IMG/VR virus record: IMGVR_UViG_3300022225_001767
Length of the DNA: 64,000 bases
Reading direction: 5' to 3' (one strand)
Source: a virus
Made by a program: the position numbers and the translations under genes. Below are positions 51,443 to 60,486 of the stretch, piece by piece. Each line of letters opens with the position of its first letter. The stretch's first letter is position 1. Under the pieces are notes generated by a model. The model saw only the letters and a list, made by a program, of their open reading frames with translations. It had not been told where the DNA came from and did not search any database.

Positions 51443-51559
51443 TCGCCAAGCGGCAGTCGTAAACATGATTATTGTGAGCGACTGTTGCCAAAACCATTGA
51501 CAACTATCACAGATTTTGCGATACTGATCCTGTCAGCACAACACATCAGGGTAACCATC

Positions 51560-52183
51560 ATGGCACTATTTCAAGCGCTTGCGCAACTTGTTAACGGTAA
51601 AACGTCACCACAAGAAAACATTGACTCCAATCAACCTGTTGATACAGGTGTGACTATCATTTCGGGCATAGATCCTCGCGCCACCAGCGAAGCGAAGCTT
51701 ATTGCACCTGCGCCACTACCGCACATTAGCCGTCGCTCACTGAAGCGTGTAAAGCACCGCGTTCCCGTGCCTGAAACATGCCCTTACTGCGGTCATGAGC
51801 ATGTCGAGTTAGTGGAGCATAAAACCGTTTATAAGCGTAGCTATGGAGAGTGGCCTTACCTTTACCTATGCCGAAATCAAGAATGCGGTGCCTACGTAGG
51901 TGTTCATCCTCACACTGATATACCGCTTGGCACGCTGGCTGATGCGGCCACTCGCGAGGCACGCAAAGCCAATAAAAGCTGGTTTATGCGCCTTATGAAG
52001 CGTCAGCAGTGCGGTCTTAATATTGGCTATCTATGGTTGTCTCAAGAAATGAACATTCGCGCTGAGCAATGCCACTGGTCAATGTTTGACGTTGAATTGT
52101 GCGAGCAGGCAGGCGCTATCTGCAAGGCAAAATTTGAAGATGGTACGATCCTCATGCCGAAGCACTTCTCTCGCTCAAAATAA
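51560..52183 (+). CDS. DUF3268-like zinc-finger protein
   Basis: CPYCG...YLC...CGAYVGVH..TDIPLGTLAD..R.AR. Confidence 0.8.
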   Translation: MALFQALAQLVNGKTSPQENIDSNQPVDTGVTIISGIDPRATSEAKLIAPAPLPHISRRSLKRVKHRVPVPETCPYCGHEHVELVEHKTVYKRSYGEWPYLYLCRNQECGAYVGVHPHTDIPLGTLADAATREARKANKSWFMRLMKRQQCGLNIGYLWLSQEMNIRAEQCHWSMFDVELCEQAGAICKAKFEDGTILMPKHFSRSK

Positions 52184-52190
52184 CCTCTTT

Positions 52191-52244
52191 TTGGTGCTGT
52201 GCTGACATACACACCCTGCCCGCCACGCGCGGGCTTTTCTCTTT
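52191..52244 (+). ncRNA. Hairpin plus terminator module, copy 3
   Basis: TTGGTGCTGTGCTGACATACACACC..GCCCGCCACGCGCGGGC-TTTT. Confidence 0.55.
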
Positions 52245-52331
52245 CTTAACATTGGTTATTTTCAATTTTAACATTGACTTAACCCTGATTATAAGAGACA
52301 ATAAACAGGTCAACACAACAAGGTATACTCC

Positions 52332-53108
52332 ATGGGAAAAACCACTAAGCCCCCTCTCTCAAATGTCACGCCTAAACCGACAGGCACCACCACGATATTC
52401 GACGAGTTATGCCATCTGCCGAAAGCCCAACAACAATGGGAAAACCGCACTTACATCAGTTTTGATGATGGCGACATCAGAGACAGCCTTGATATCCTGA
52501 CGCTTGAGAATGAGCACCTCTGCGGCCAGAGCGAGCCAGAATTTACTACAAGAGCAGGTGGACGCTATCAAGACACCTCGCTTACTGATTTTGTGGGCAT
52601 TGGCCTTAATCGTGACGATAGCGCCTTGTCGTTTGAAATAACCAATGCCGCAGACAGCGTTTTTGCGCCTGTCGAGTTAGCCGAGACATTTGTATGGTAC
52701 GTTGTGATTGATACGCGCACCAGCACCACAACCGTACACTATGCAGACTCGCATTTATCGATGGCATTTTCGCAAGCCACATGGGCGCAATGGCAGCAAT
52801 GGCTGATAACGTACCAACCGTTGCTGCATGTGCATGAGTACCGACAATTTATCTCTCCTTATTCACCTAACTACGAGGAAAAAGCGATGTTATTTTTAGT
52901 TGTTTATCACCCTGAAGGGGAAGAACCGCGTTCTGCGCTGGCTGAAGCGCCTAATGAAGATGTGGCATGGGATGCCGTTGCTGAGCGTCACCACCTTAAT
53001 GCTGGCACCTCGCCTGAAGACGAGGAGCTTTATCTCGACCACACCAAAGTGCTAGACAGCATGCTTAAAGAGGCGCAAGTACCTTATACATTAACATCGA
53101 CGCGTTAA
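52332..53108 (+). CDS. Hypothetical protein
   Basis: After repeat 52274. Confidence 0.75.
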   Translation: MGKTTKPPLSNVTPKPTGTTTIFDELCHLPKAQQQWENRTYISFDDGDIRDSLDILTLENEHLCGQSEPEFTTRAGGRYQDTSLTDFVGIGLNRDDSALSFEITNAADSVFAPVELAETFVWYVVIDTRTSTTTVHYADSHLSMAFSQATWAQWQQWLITYQPLLHVHEYRQFISPYSPNYEEKAMLFLVVYHPEGEEPRSALAEAPNEDVAWDAVAERHHLNAGTSPEDEELYLDHTKVLDSMLKEAQVPYTLTSTR

Positions 53109-53195
53109 TATCTGCATGAATTTTCTTGGCTGTGTTGACAACGCACTCAGACTTTGGGATACTAACACTGTCAACACAACCAAGGAGAAAGCCTC

Positions 53196-53351
53196 ATGGC
53201 ACAATCTAACGAAAATAAAGTTTGGATGGCGTATAACCACAACGACACGCCATTAATGAAATCACCCGCATCGCTTGAGGATGCCAGGGCTGAAGCTGAC
53301 GCGTACACCTACGCGACAGGCAATGCTTCTTATGTAGACAAGGCTAAATAA
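53196..53351 (+). CDS. Small protein (51 aa), absent from the ORF track
   Basis: After repeat 53135; AAGGAG RBS; MAQSNENKVWMAYNHND... Confidence 0.75.
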   Translation: MAQSNENKVWMAYNHNDTPLMKSPASLEDARAEADAYTYATGNASYVDKAK

Positions 53352-53551
53352 GAAAAGGCTCATAAGAGCCGTTTCTTCACGCATTACAAAATCGCAAAAG
53401 CGAATATAGATATGTGGTGATACGTTGCAAAGAAGACGATTGCCAACTCGCCTTTTTTTGCATATAAAACAAACACCAATCACTTTTTGTATTGACAACA
53501 CTCTCAGCTTTTGAGATACTAACCCTGTCAGCACAACTTAGGAGCATCACC

Positions 53552-53893
53552 ATGCCTGCAATCGATACGCAACAGCAACGCGACAACGCCATCAAAGGTA
53601 AAACTCTGGCCTTTATCGGTGACGCCAATTGGGACCTCTATGCGCAACCTGATGGACGTCTTTGGGCCATTCCAAAACCAGACTGCCTTGGCTGTCATAT
53701 GAGTCCTTTTGGAGACAGACATCACGTCAAGAGACTGATGGACAAGGGTTACTTCACTTCCACGCCGACGGATGCAGGACTTGCACTAATGGAGGGGCTT
53801 TACACAAGGCTGATTACCGATTCGAAAGGGAAGCGTTTTGGGATTTTAGGCTTCGACATACCCGACGGCCTTAGGACAGCTTTCGCAGCCTAA
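53552..53893 (+). CDS. Hypothetical protein
   Basis: After repeat 53492. Confidence 0.8.
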   Translation: MPAIDTQQQRDNAIKGKTLAFIGDANWDLYAQPDGRLWAIPKPDCLGCHMSPFGDRHHVKRLMDKGYFTSTPTDAGLALMEGLYTRLITDSKGKRFGILGFDIPDGLRTAFAA

Positions 53894-54002
53894 ATATGAG
53901 GTGCGCGGCTGGTTAATTATGGGTCAGCCGCATTTTCTATTGACAACACTCTCAGAGTTTGAGATACTTATCTTGTCAGCACAACATTAAAGGTATATCA
54001 CA

Positions 54003-54368
54003 ATGGAACAGGTTCTTTTTCTTGCATACGCTATCACAGGCATGGACTACGAGTACGAGAACGAAGCGTTGCTTCTCCCTACGCCAGATCTCGATGCAGC
54101 GAAAGCGGCATGCTGGGATTTTCTTTTTGCCAATGATATCATGGGCAACGACGATGAGTACGCGTTGGCGCGTGTAGACAAAGTTGTAGTGGGTCAACGT
54201 GACAGCACCGAAGTGGTGTGGCATTCGCGTGAGGAGCAAAAGCAAGTGGACCTTGAGATTGCAGCCGCAGAACAAGCGCTTGCACACAAAGAGCGCAACC
54301 TCGACAATGAGGCGTGGCTGTATTGGGACATGGAGCAGGCGCTTATGGGCCAGCGGGTGATGCATTAA
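54003..54368 (+). CDS. Acidic hypothetical protein
   Basis: After repeat 53940. Confidence 0.8.
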   Translation: MEQVLFLAYAITGMDYEYENEALLLPTPDLDAAKAACWDFLFANDIMGNDDEYALARVDKVVVGQRDSTEVVWHSREEQKQVDLEIAAAEQALAHKERNLDNEAWLYWDMEQALMGQRVMH

Positions 54369-54413
54369 TCGCCCCCTAATGTAATACTTTTTCAACCAGA
54401 GGGCGCACATCAC

Positions 54414-54908
54414 ATGGATATAACCAACGAAGATCCACAAACAGACATCACCCTGAATACTATTGGGCAAGCCTTATTATGGATGTGGCGTGGCGTCGGT
54501 TTTTTCGCGCTTCTTGCGGTCATTTCGTTGATGGCACATTCTTATGCCACATTGCCCGACTTTGAGCCTCACACTTTTAAGCTAACGACGTCGTTTTTAA
54601 TTATGGCTATGTGTATCGGCTTGATAATCGCCAAGCTTGCTCATACCGTTGCATTCAGGTATCAAAATGTCACCCGAAACCAGCCTCACAGTACGTCGCA
54701 TGATGCGCAGGTGGCATTCGACCTGGTCAGCACAGCATTGATTGCACTGTTTACTAATTATGGTGCCATTATCGCGATAGACATGCTGACATCTGCCGAA
54801 AACACCATGTGGGATAGTGTTTTTATAACCGCTGCGTTGGGATTTAACACACTGTTTGTCATCCTCACCTCCGATTTACGGAAGGTAATAAAGCCAGATG
54901 TCGATTAA
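54414..54908 (+). CDS. Four-TM membrane protein
   Basis: GAGGG RBS; hydrophobic helices. Confidence 0.75.
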   Translation: MDITNEDPQTDITLNTIGQALLWMWRGVGFFALLAVISLMAHSYATLPDFEPHTFKLTTSFLIMAMCIGLIIAKLAHTVAFRYQNVTRNQPHSTSHDAQVAFDLVSTALIALFTNYGAIIAIDMLTSAENTMWDSVFITAALGFNTLFVILTSDLRKVIKPDVD

Positions 54909-54989
54909 ACATAATGCAAAAAAACATTGACAACGCTCTCAGCTTTTGGGATACTGTTCCTGTCAGCACAACAACACAGGAACAGTACC

Positions 54990-55502
54990 ATGGCACTATT
55001 TGCTATCAAAGCCTTACCCCTTAACCTTTCTCCGATGAATCTACGCCCTGAATTGGGTGAAATCGAAATCGACACCGACACACTTGAGAAAGCCAGAGAT
55101 GTTGCTCAGTCGCGCGTCCCATCAGATAAACCCTTCATGATTTGCCCGTGGCGCGAAACCACCAAGTGCTTCACAGTGGGCGACCGCGAATTCGTCTTCC
55201 CGTCAACGCTTTACCGCTACAACGGCAAAGATTTCGATGTTCATCAAGGCAAATGCCTAAGTGATTCACCTGCGTCAGGCCAATTCTTGAATAAGAGTGA
55301 TGCAAAGCGTGATTATGATAAGCATGCGAAACTTGCTCAGGATAAGTTTGACAAAGCGCTTGCGCACCTGAAGGCCATGGAGGCGCTAGGTGTTAGCATT
55401 GATTACCACATGGCTGGCGATACGCATGGCATCTATGAAGATTACATGTATCTTGAAGTACAAGAAGGCCCTTATACCTTCGAATACCGTTACGGCAGCT
55501 AA
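54990..55502 (+). CDS. Hypothetical protein
   Basis: After repeat 54927. Confidence 0.8.
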   Translation: MALFAIKALPLNLSPMNLRPELGEIEIDTDTLEKARDVAQSRVPSDKPFMICPWRETTKCFTVGDREFVFPSTLYRYNGKDFDVHQGKCLSDSPASGQFLNKSDAKRDYDKHAKLAQDKFDKALAHLKAMEALGVSIDYHMAGDTHGIYEDYMYLEVQEGPYTFEYRYGS

Positions 55503-55512
55503 CACCAACATT

Positions 55513-55538
55513 AAAGCCCGCATTTTACGGGCTTTTTT
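55513..55538 (+). terminator. Intrinsic terminator
   Basis: AAAGCCCG-CATTTTA-CGGGC-T6. Confidence 0.75.
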
Positions 55539-55609
55539 ACGCAAAACCCATTGACAAAAAACACAGATTTTGAGATACTGTTCCTGTCAGCACAACACGG
55601 GTTACCACC

Positions 55610-55918
55610 ATGAACACACTATCGAATAAAACAATGTTTGATCACGATGCCGCAGACAAGACGTTCCCCATCTCAAAGCGTCGAAAATCACTGCTTCGTT
55701 ATATTCGTGAGCATGGTTGGGTAAAAGCCACCTGCATGGCAACAAAACTGGCCACTGGCTACCCTAAGCGCGCCAGAAAAGCAAACAAAACTTACGGCCA
55801 CGCGCTAAAGTCACTGTGGCTTCGTGGAGAGCTTGAGGGGATCAAAATAAACGGTGTTTGGCATTACACACAAGCCGCCCCGTATCACGACCGCTCGCCT
55901 ATTTCACGCGGTAAATAA
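55610..55918 (+). CDS. Basic protein, possible winged helix
   Basis: After repeat 55551; LLRYIREHG...LKSLWLRGELEGIKINGVWHY. Confidence 0.7.
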   Translation: MNTLSNKTMFDHDAADKTFPISKRRKSLLRYIREHGWVKATCMATKLATGYPKRARKANKTYGHALKSLWLRGELEGIKINGVWHYTQAAPYHDRSPISRGK

Positions 55919-55953
55919 ACCACAACAACACTTTTCGTCACTAGGGAAACAGC

Positions 55954-56547
55954 ATGAAAAACATCAAAATCGGTCTTTCTTCTATCTACAATTCACATCA
56001 TTTTGAAGCGGAGCTTATCAACGGTGATAGTGAATTTTCTTTCCCGCGAGAGTCAGGGGCTGACAATGCATGCCGCCGCGCCGCACAAAACCTTCGTGAT
56101 ATGGCAGAAAAATTCGACATGCTCGCACTGGCGGTGAACCCAAATAACGCAACGACCATTAACAGCGTCAATAAACCTATGAGTAAGCGCGCACAAGATT
56201 TCGTGCGAGATAACCCCGCAGGTTCTGATTTTGTCTTTCGTGCAGATCGCACAGGCTCGCACTATGAAGACGGTACGGTTTATTACAATTATCAAGGTTT
56301 AGTTGATTATACATTCGACAATATCTTTGATGCGGCTCGCTACTTGATAGACGGCGCGACAGATGTGCCACACTACAGAGCAGATGCTGTGGGCAACCGC
56401 CTTGATGATGGATCTATTTCATTCTGGTCAGCAAGCTATGATGATGATGAACTTGACCTTGATGATGATGGTGGCACCGTCTACACCAAGCCCGAGCGCG
56501 TTGATGAAAATGGCGAGGTCGTGGACGAGGACGACAGTGTGTCGTAA
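55954..56547 (+). CDS. Hypothetical protein with acidic C-terminus
   Basis: AGGGA RBS. Confidence 0.8.
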   Translation: MKNIKIGLSSIYNSHHFEAELINGDSEFSFPRESGADNACRRAAQNLRDMAEKFDMLALAVNPNNATTINSVNKPMSKRAQDFVRDNPAGSDFVFRADRTGSHYEDGTVYYNYQGLVDYTFDNIFDAARYLIDGATDVPHYRADAVGNRLDDGSISFWSASYDDDELDLDDDGGTVYTKPERVDENGEVVDEDDSVS

Positions 56548-56622
56548 TTACGGCACACTATTGACAACCCTCTCATATCTGTGAGAGGATTATTTTCGTC
56601 AACACAACAACGAGAATGCATT

Positions 56623-57186
56623 ATGAACAGCACTACAACACAGCACAACAGCCAGCCTAATGTTTTTGAAATTGGTTATTGCAGCAATGTATCTGAAGCT
56701 ATTTCAGTTGCCATCTGCGTACCTTTAAGTACATATGATTTCTCAACGTTTGATACGGTGTCTCAAGCGCTTGAACAGATCGCTATAATGACGAAAAAGC
56801 GACTTGATAACGCCCCAGCATTAGTTGAAAGCTACGGCAATGAACTTACCTCTCGCATCAACAGTATGAAAATGAACGTTACTGATGAGGTGTACGACGC
56901 ACTTTCGCCCCTTGCTCGCAGTGCAGACAACCTGACCATTGAGGTTGTCAATAACCGTGAAGGCCACGTGCCGCTTAATAAGTTAAGCATCTATGGCGCA
57001 CGTACGCTCATTAACCTTTTTGTTTACACCTACATCGATACGTTGATGGAGATGGTCAAGAAGTATGATGTTGAAAGCGCGCTTGATGATATGCTACAAA
57101 ACGACCCCGCTAAATTCTGGATGACACTTGATGATTTGCTGACGAGTTGCGCAGGCTACCCTGATTTTGACATGACGCGTATCTAA
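56623..57186 (+). CDS. Hypothetical protein, paralog family with 42586 and 49301
   Basis: After repeat 56561; YGARTLINLFVYTYIDT. Confidence 0.85.
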   Translation: MNSTTTQHNSQPNVFEIGYCSNVSEAISVAICVPLSTYDFSTFDTVSQALEQIAIMTKKRLDNAPALVESYGNELTSRINSMKMNVTDEVYDALSPLARSADNLTIEVVNNREGHVPLNKLSIYGARTLINLFVYTYIDTLMEMVKKYDVESALDDMLQNDPAKFWMTLDDLLTSCAGYPDFDMTRI

Positions 57187-57201
57187 CACGCTTTAGTTTC
57201 A

Positions 57202-57254
57202 CCTTGGTGATGTGCTGACACACTCACCCAAGCCCGCCATGCGCGGGCTTTTTT
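57202..57254 (+). ncRNA. Hairpin plus terminator module, copy 4
   Basis: CCTTGGTGATGTGCTGACACACTCACC..GCCCGCCATGCGCGGGC-T6. Confidence 0.55.
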
Positions 57255-57267
57255 GACTCTTTTTTGG

Positions 57268-57487
57268 TTGACTTTATCGCTTTAGTTGGTATAATTAACT
57301 TCAATATTTAGGTGATTCGGCCTAGATGTTACCAAGCGTATAACGGCGCGGATTGCTTCACCCTCCAGGCGACTGGCACGGCATCACGTTAACACACAAT
57401 CTACAGTATGTTTCTTTGCAGCATTATTCACAATGGCCGCACAGGACAACGGGTGAACTCTTATGTATCGGTCAATTGAGGATAATT
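57268..57487 (+). promoter_or_regulatory. Box-less promoter with ~185 nt structured leader
   Basis: TTGACT-N16-TATAAT with TG extension; AATATTTAGG/CCTAGATGTT stem. Confidence 0.6.
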
Positions 57488-58267
57488 ATGTCAACGCTAC
57501 AACAAAAACTTCGCACGCTTATCAGCCAACACAGCGATGGCCCTCGCGCCTTTGCTTCTTTGCTTTCCGCATCGCATAATGCCTTCTTTGGAACACCACT
57601 TAACGAGTCTAAATCCAAGGCATTTGGTGCAGTGATAGCAGGCGTTAAAAACGCCCACGTGTTCTCATCCCTCACCAACACCGAGTCAGCAGTAACACGC
57701 ACCACATCTTCGCTTATTAGTATCTGCTCGCGCACCCACGACCACCTCTATGGCGAAGGATATTTCGACTTTTACTACCCTGTTTTCACTTGCGATGAGA
57801 CGTCGAACTCTGTGGGGATATTTACAACGGCCCATATGGATGATGATGAGTTGTGCGTCAGAGTGACCCAATCCATTAAAGCGTTTGATGATCAAATAGG
57901 TGAGTTTGTTGAATGCGTGCTAGCACCTTGCGGCGCAACCTGTAGCATGAAGCTTATTAGTACAAATGGCGGCAACTCCCGTCTAATTTTCCGTATTGAT
58001 TACCTTAACGAAGATGCGCAGCAACGCTTGCAGGAAGCCACGCAGCCCGACATCGTCAAAACCGCCGAGTTATGTGCGCGCGCTAAACAAGAGCCTAAGC
58101 GATGTAATGTGAGTTATGCATCCACATCCGCTCTCAGGGCGATGCAGACGCTGGAACTTTCTCGCATTATTGAGGCTATTGGTGCCATACCGCATCCTGA
58201 CTTTACCACACATCAAAGCCACCTCGCTTTGTTTGATGGTTACGTTCCTTACAAGGCATTGGCGTAA
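57488..58267 (+). CDS. Hypothetical protein of the structured-leader class
   Basis: GAGGA RBS; KAFGAVIAGVKNAH. Confidence 0.75.
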   Translation: MSTLQQKLRTLISQHSDGPRAFASLLSASHNAFFGTPLNESKSKAFGAVIAGVKNAHVFSSLTNTESAVTRTTSSLISICSRTHDHLYGEGYFDFYYPVFTCDETSNSVGIFTTAHMDDDELCVRVTQSIKAFDDQIGEFVECVLAPCGATCSMKLISTNGGNSRLIFRIDYLNEDAQQRLQEATQPDIVKTAELCARAKQEPKRCNVSYASTSALRAMQTLELSRIIEAIGAIPHPDFTTHQSHLALFDGYVPYKALA

Positions 58268-58374
58268 TCGCGTACACTGCGGGTTGAGGCGTTCCTCAGC
58301 CTGCAAAAAAACATTGACTTAGCACACAGGCTTGTTACACTGTTCTTAGTCAGCACAACAAGCAGGTAACCCGC

Positions 58375-58890
58375 ATGAAAACACAGTACACTACAGGTTC
58401 AGCATCAGACGTAAAAGAATTCATTACTATTATGTCTAACATGGCCGTCGATCACCGCGAGGGCAATCAGCCTATGATTGAGGAACGCAAAACAGGCGTC
58501 TTTTTCTTTGTAAGCATCTATCAGTATTCAATTTCGTTTATTGCTGAAGTCCAAGATCCAACACTCATCACGGCTTTTCGGGACAAGCTGGCATGGAATA
58601 AGGACAATTTGTTTTCTCAGGTACCAGCACTCGATGCCGCATCGAAAACACTGCATGATGCACGTAACGATTACATCGAGAAAGAAACCGACTTAATACG
58701 CGAGTCTGCGTCATCACCCAAGGAATTCCTTGATATAAAGCTATCACGAGACCTGCTTGGGGAGGCGGAGGCTGCAACACCTGATGAATATCGCGCGTAT
58801 TGCGACGCATCAAACAAGGTTTTCGTTGGCGCAAGCGGCTTGCACCCCAACGATTACTTTAAGCAACTAGGGGTCAGCGTGCGCTTTTAG
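58375..58890 (+). CDS. Hypothetical protein
   Basis: After repeat 58314. Confidence 0.8.
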   Translation: MKTQYTTGSASDVKEFITIMSNMAVDHREGNQPMIEERKTGVFFFVSIYQYSISFIAEVQDPTLITAFRDKLAWNKDNLFSQVPALDAASKTLHDARNDYIEKETDLIRESASSPKEFLDIKLSRDLLGEAEAATPDEYRAYCDASNKVFVGASGLHPNDYFKQLGVSVRF

Positions 58891-58968
58891 CGCGCCTTGG
58901 CGCTACACGGCGCGTCAAAACACAAGCTATTTACACCACCACTTGCTAACATAACACGGGCATTCACG

Positions 58969-59379
58969 ATGAAAAAACGCGAATATTTTCTTATCCATCA
59001 CCTTCTTGATTTTACTGTCATCAGTTTAATTTTATTTTATCTATTAACGGCAAGTGACACCTTAAAAAGTGTTATTTTCTGGCTATGTTCGGTTTCTCTT
59101 GCTGTCATGTTCCTCAGCAGTTTCTTTATTTACGCTGGCGTAAAAAAAGCCCCTCATGCGCTAACAAGCCCAATGAAAGAGCGTGTCGCGAGCCGTCGTT
59201 ATGGCAATACGTTCATTGATATCGCGGTGTCACTGTTAATTGCGCTAGCCATCTCGCCCATACTGGGTTTCGCATGGTATGCCAACACGCTTATTGCTCA
59301 GCGCGTCACAGCAATACACAACCTCGCCTATCATCAGCATCAACAATCGCTGAAAAGCGGCAATAATGATGCAACCTAA
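58969..59379 (+). CDS. Membrane protein
   Basis: Three to four hydrophobic helices. Confidence 0.7.
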   Translation: MKKREYFLIHHLLDFTVISLILFYLLTASDTLKSVIFWLCSVSLAVMFLSSFFIYAGVKKAPHALTSPMKERVASRRYGNTFIDIAVSLLIALAISPILGFAWYANTLIAQRVTAIHNLAYHQHQQSLKSGNNDAT

Positions 59380-59459
59380 GCAACCATATTTCTTTTTTGT
59401 TGACAACTAACACAGCATTTGAGACACTATTTCTGTCAACACAACAACGGAACCGCATC

Positions 59460-59978
59460 ATGAAAATACTCACACTTTCTGCAAACGACATCCATACGCT
59501 TGCGGCCAATGTTAACGCGTTTAAAGAGACCATCCGCAAGCGCGCAAAGAAAATACCAAAGGGCTACGGCAATACACCAACGGAACGCACCGCAAAAATC
59601 AACGCTATGGCGCGCACGCAAGCGCTATACACCTTGCTGGCGAACCACGACCTTGCTGCCATTGAAAAGATCGAAGACGACCGCTCAGCCAGCGAATTTG
59701 CCAACGATCTTTTCTCAGCTGACAATCATCCTGACATGCACCCTTCAACCTTGTCGCGCCAACGCAATGCACTTGAGAAAAGAGTTGAAGAGGTGGGCCT
59801 TTTTACGGTGGAGCTTATTGTCAATGGTGAGAGCATTAGCGCAATTGGCGGTTTCGTTGGTGATGACTTTTATGGCTCTGGCTACGATGATGACTTCTAC
59901 CGCGAAGCCATTGAATTGCTTTCCGATGAATACAAGAACTTCATCGAAAGCGCACAAGCCGTCCTTGACGTCATCTAA
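59460..59978 (+). CDS. Hypothetical protein
   Basis: After repeat 59400. Confidence 0.85.
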   Translation: MKILTLSANDIHTLAANVNAFKETIRKRAKKIPKGYGNTPTERTAKINAMARTQALYTLLANHDLAAIEKIEDDRSASEFANDLFSADNHPDMHPSTLSRQRNALEKRVEEVGLFTVELIVNGESISAIGGFVGDDFYGSGYDDDFYREAIELLSDEYKNFIESAQAVLDVI

Positions 59979-60058
59979 CTAAGTGCCACACCTCCTCATC
60001 TCGCCTTATTAGTGAGATGAGGGGGCCTGTCAGCGCAACATTATAAGGAAACGCCACT

Positions 60059-60475
60059 GTGAGTTATATGTCTGACTTCAGTCACCTACAAGCGCCTAGA
60101 ACGCGTATTGAACGACAATTTAACGCCGCTGCCAGCGCACTAGTTAAGCTGGTGGAACGTAAAGCATGGCGTAGCCGACCGCTAGCTACGCTTGGCGCGT
60201 GCGCCCTCGTATACTGGGCCAACACCGCGTTTGCTCTGTTATTTTGTACAATGGGGCTGTACCCACTTATTGTGCTTCAAGCTATTCCGTCCTTTGAACA
60301 GCACCCCGTGCTAGTCTCTTTTATACTTTGTCACGGCATGACCGCCGCAATGAGTGGCCTTACTTACAGCATTGACAGAAAACGTCGCCATGCGGATGCG
60401 TCGCTGCGATACAACGCTTGGCGAGAAAGTGAAATGAGACGTCAATCACTCTACCTTAATTACCATCAACGATAA
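60059..60475 (+). CDS. Two-TM membrane protein
   Basis: TAAGGA RBS; half-repeat CTGTCAGCGCAAC at 60027. Confidence 0.7.
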   Translation: MSYMSDFSHLQAPRTRIERQFNAAASALVKLVERKAWRSRPLATLGACALVYWANTAFALLFCTMGLYPLIVLQAIPSFEQHPVLVSFILCHGMTAAMSGLTYSIDRKRRHADASLRYNAWRESEMRRQSLYLNYHQR

Positions 60476-60486
60476 GGCCGTCAACC

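Noticed and set aside
2484-59460. Shared N-terminal peptide MTTLSxFEILxLSTQQ / MRYxSCQH in many ORF-track proteins
   Set aside because: Artefact of reading through the promoter repeat from its TTG. The real starts follow the RBS downstream of the box.
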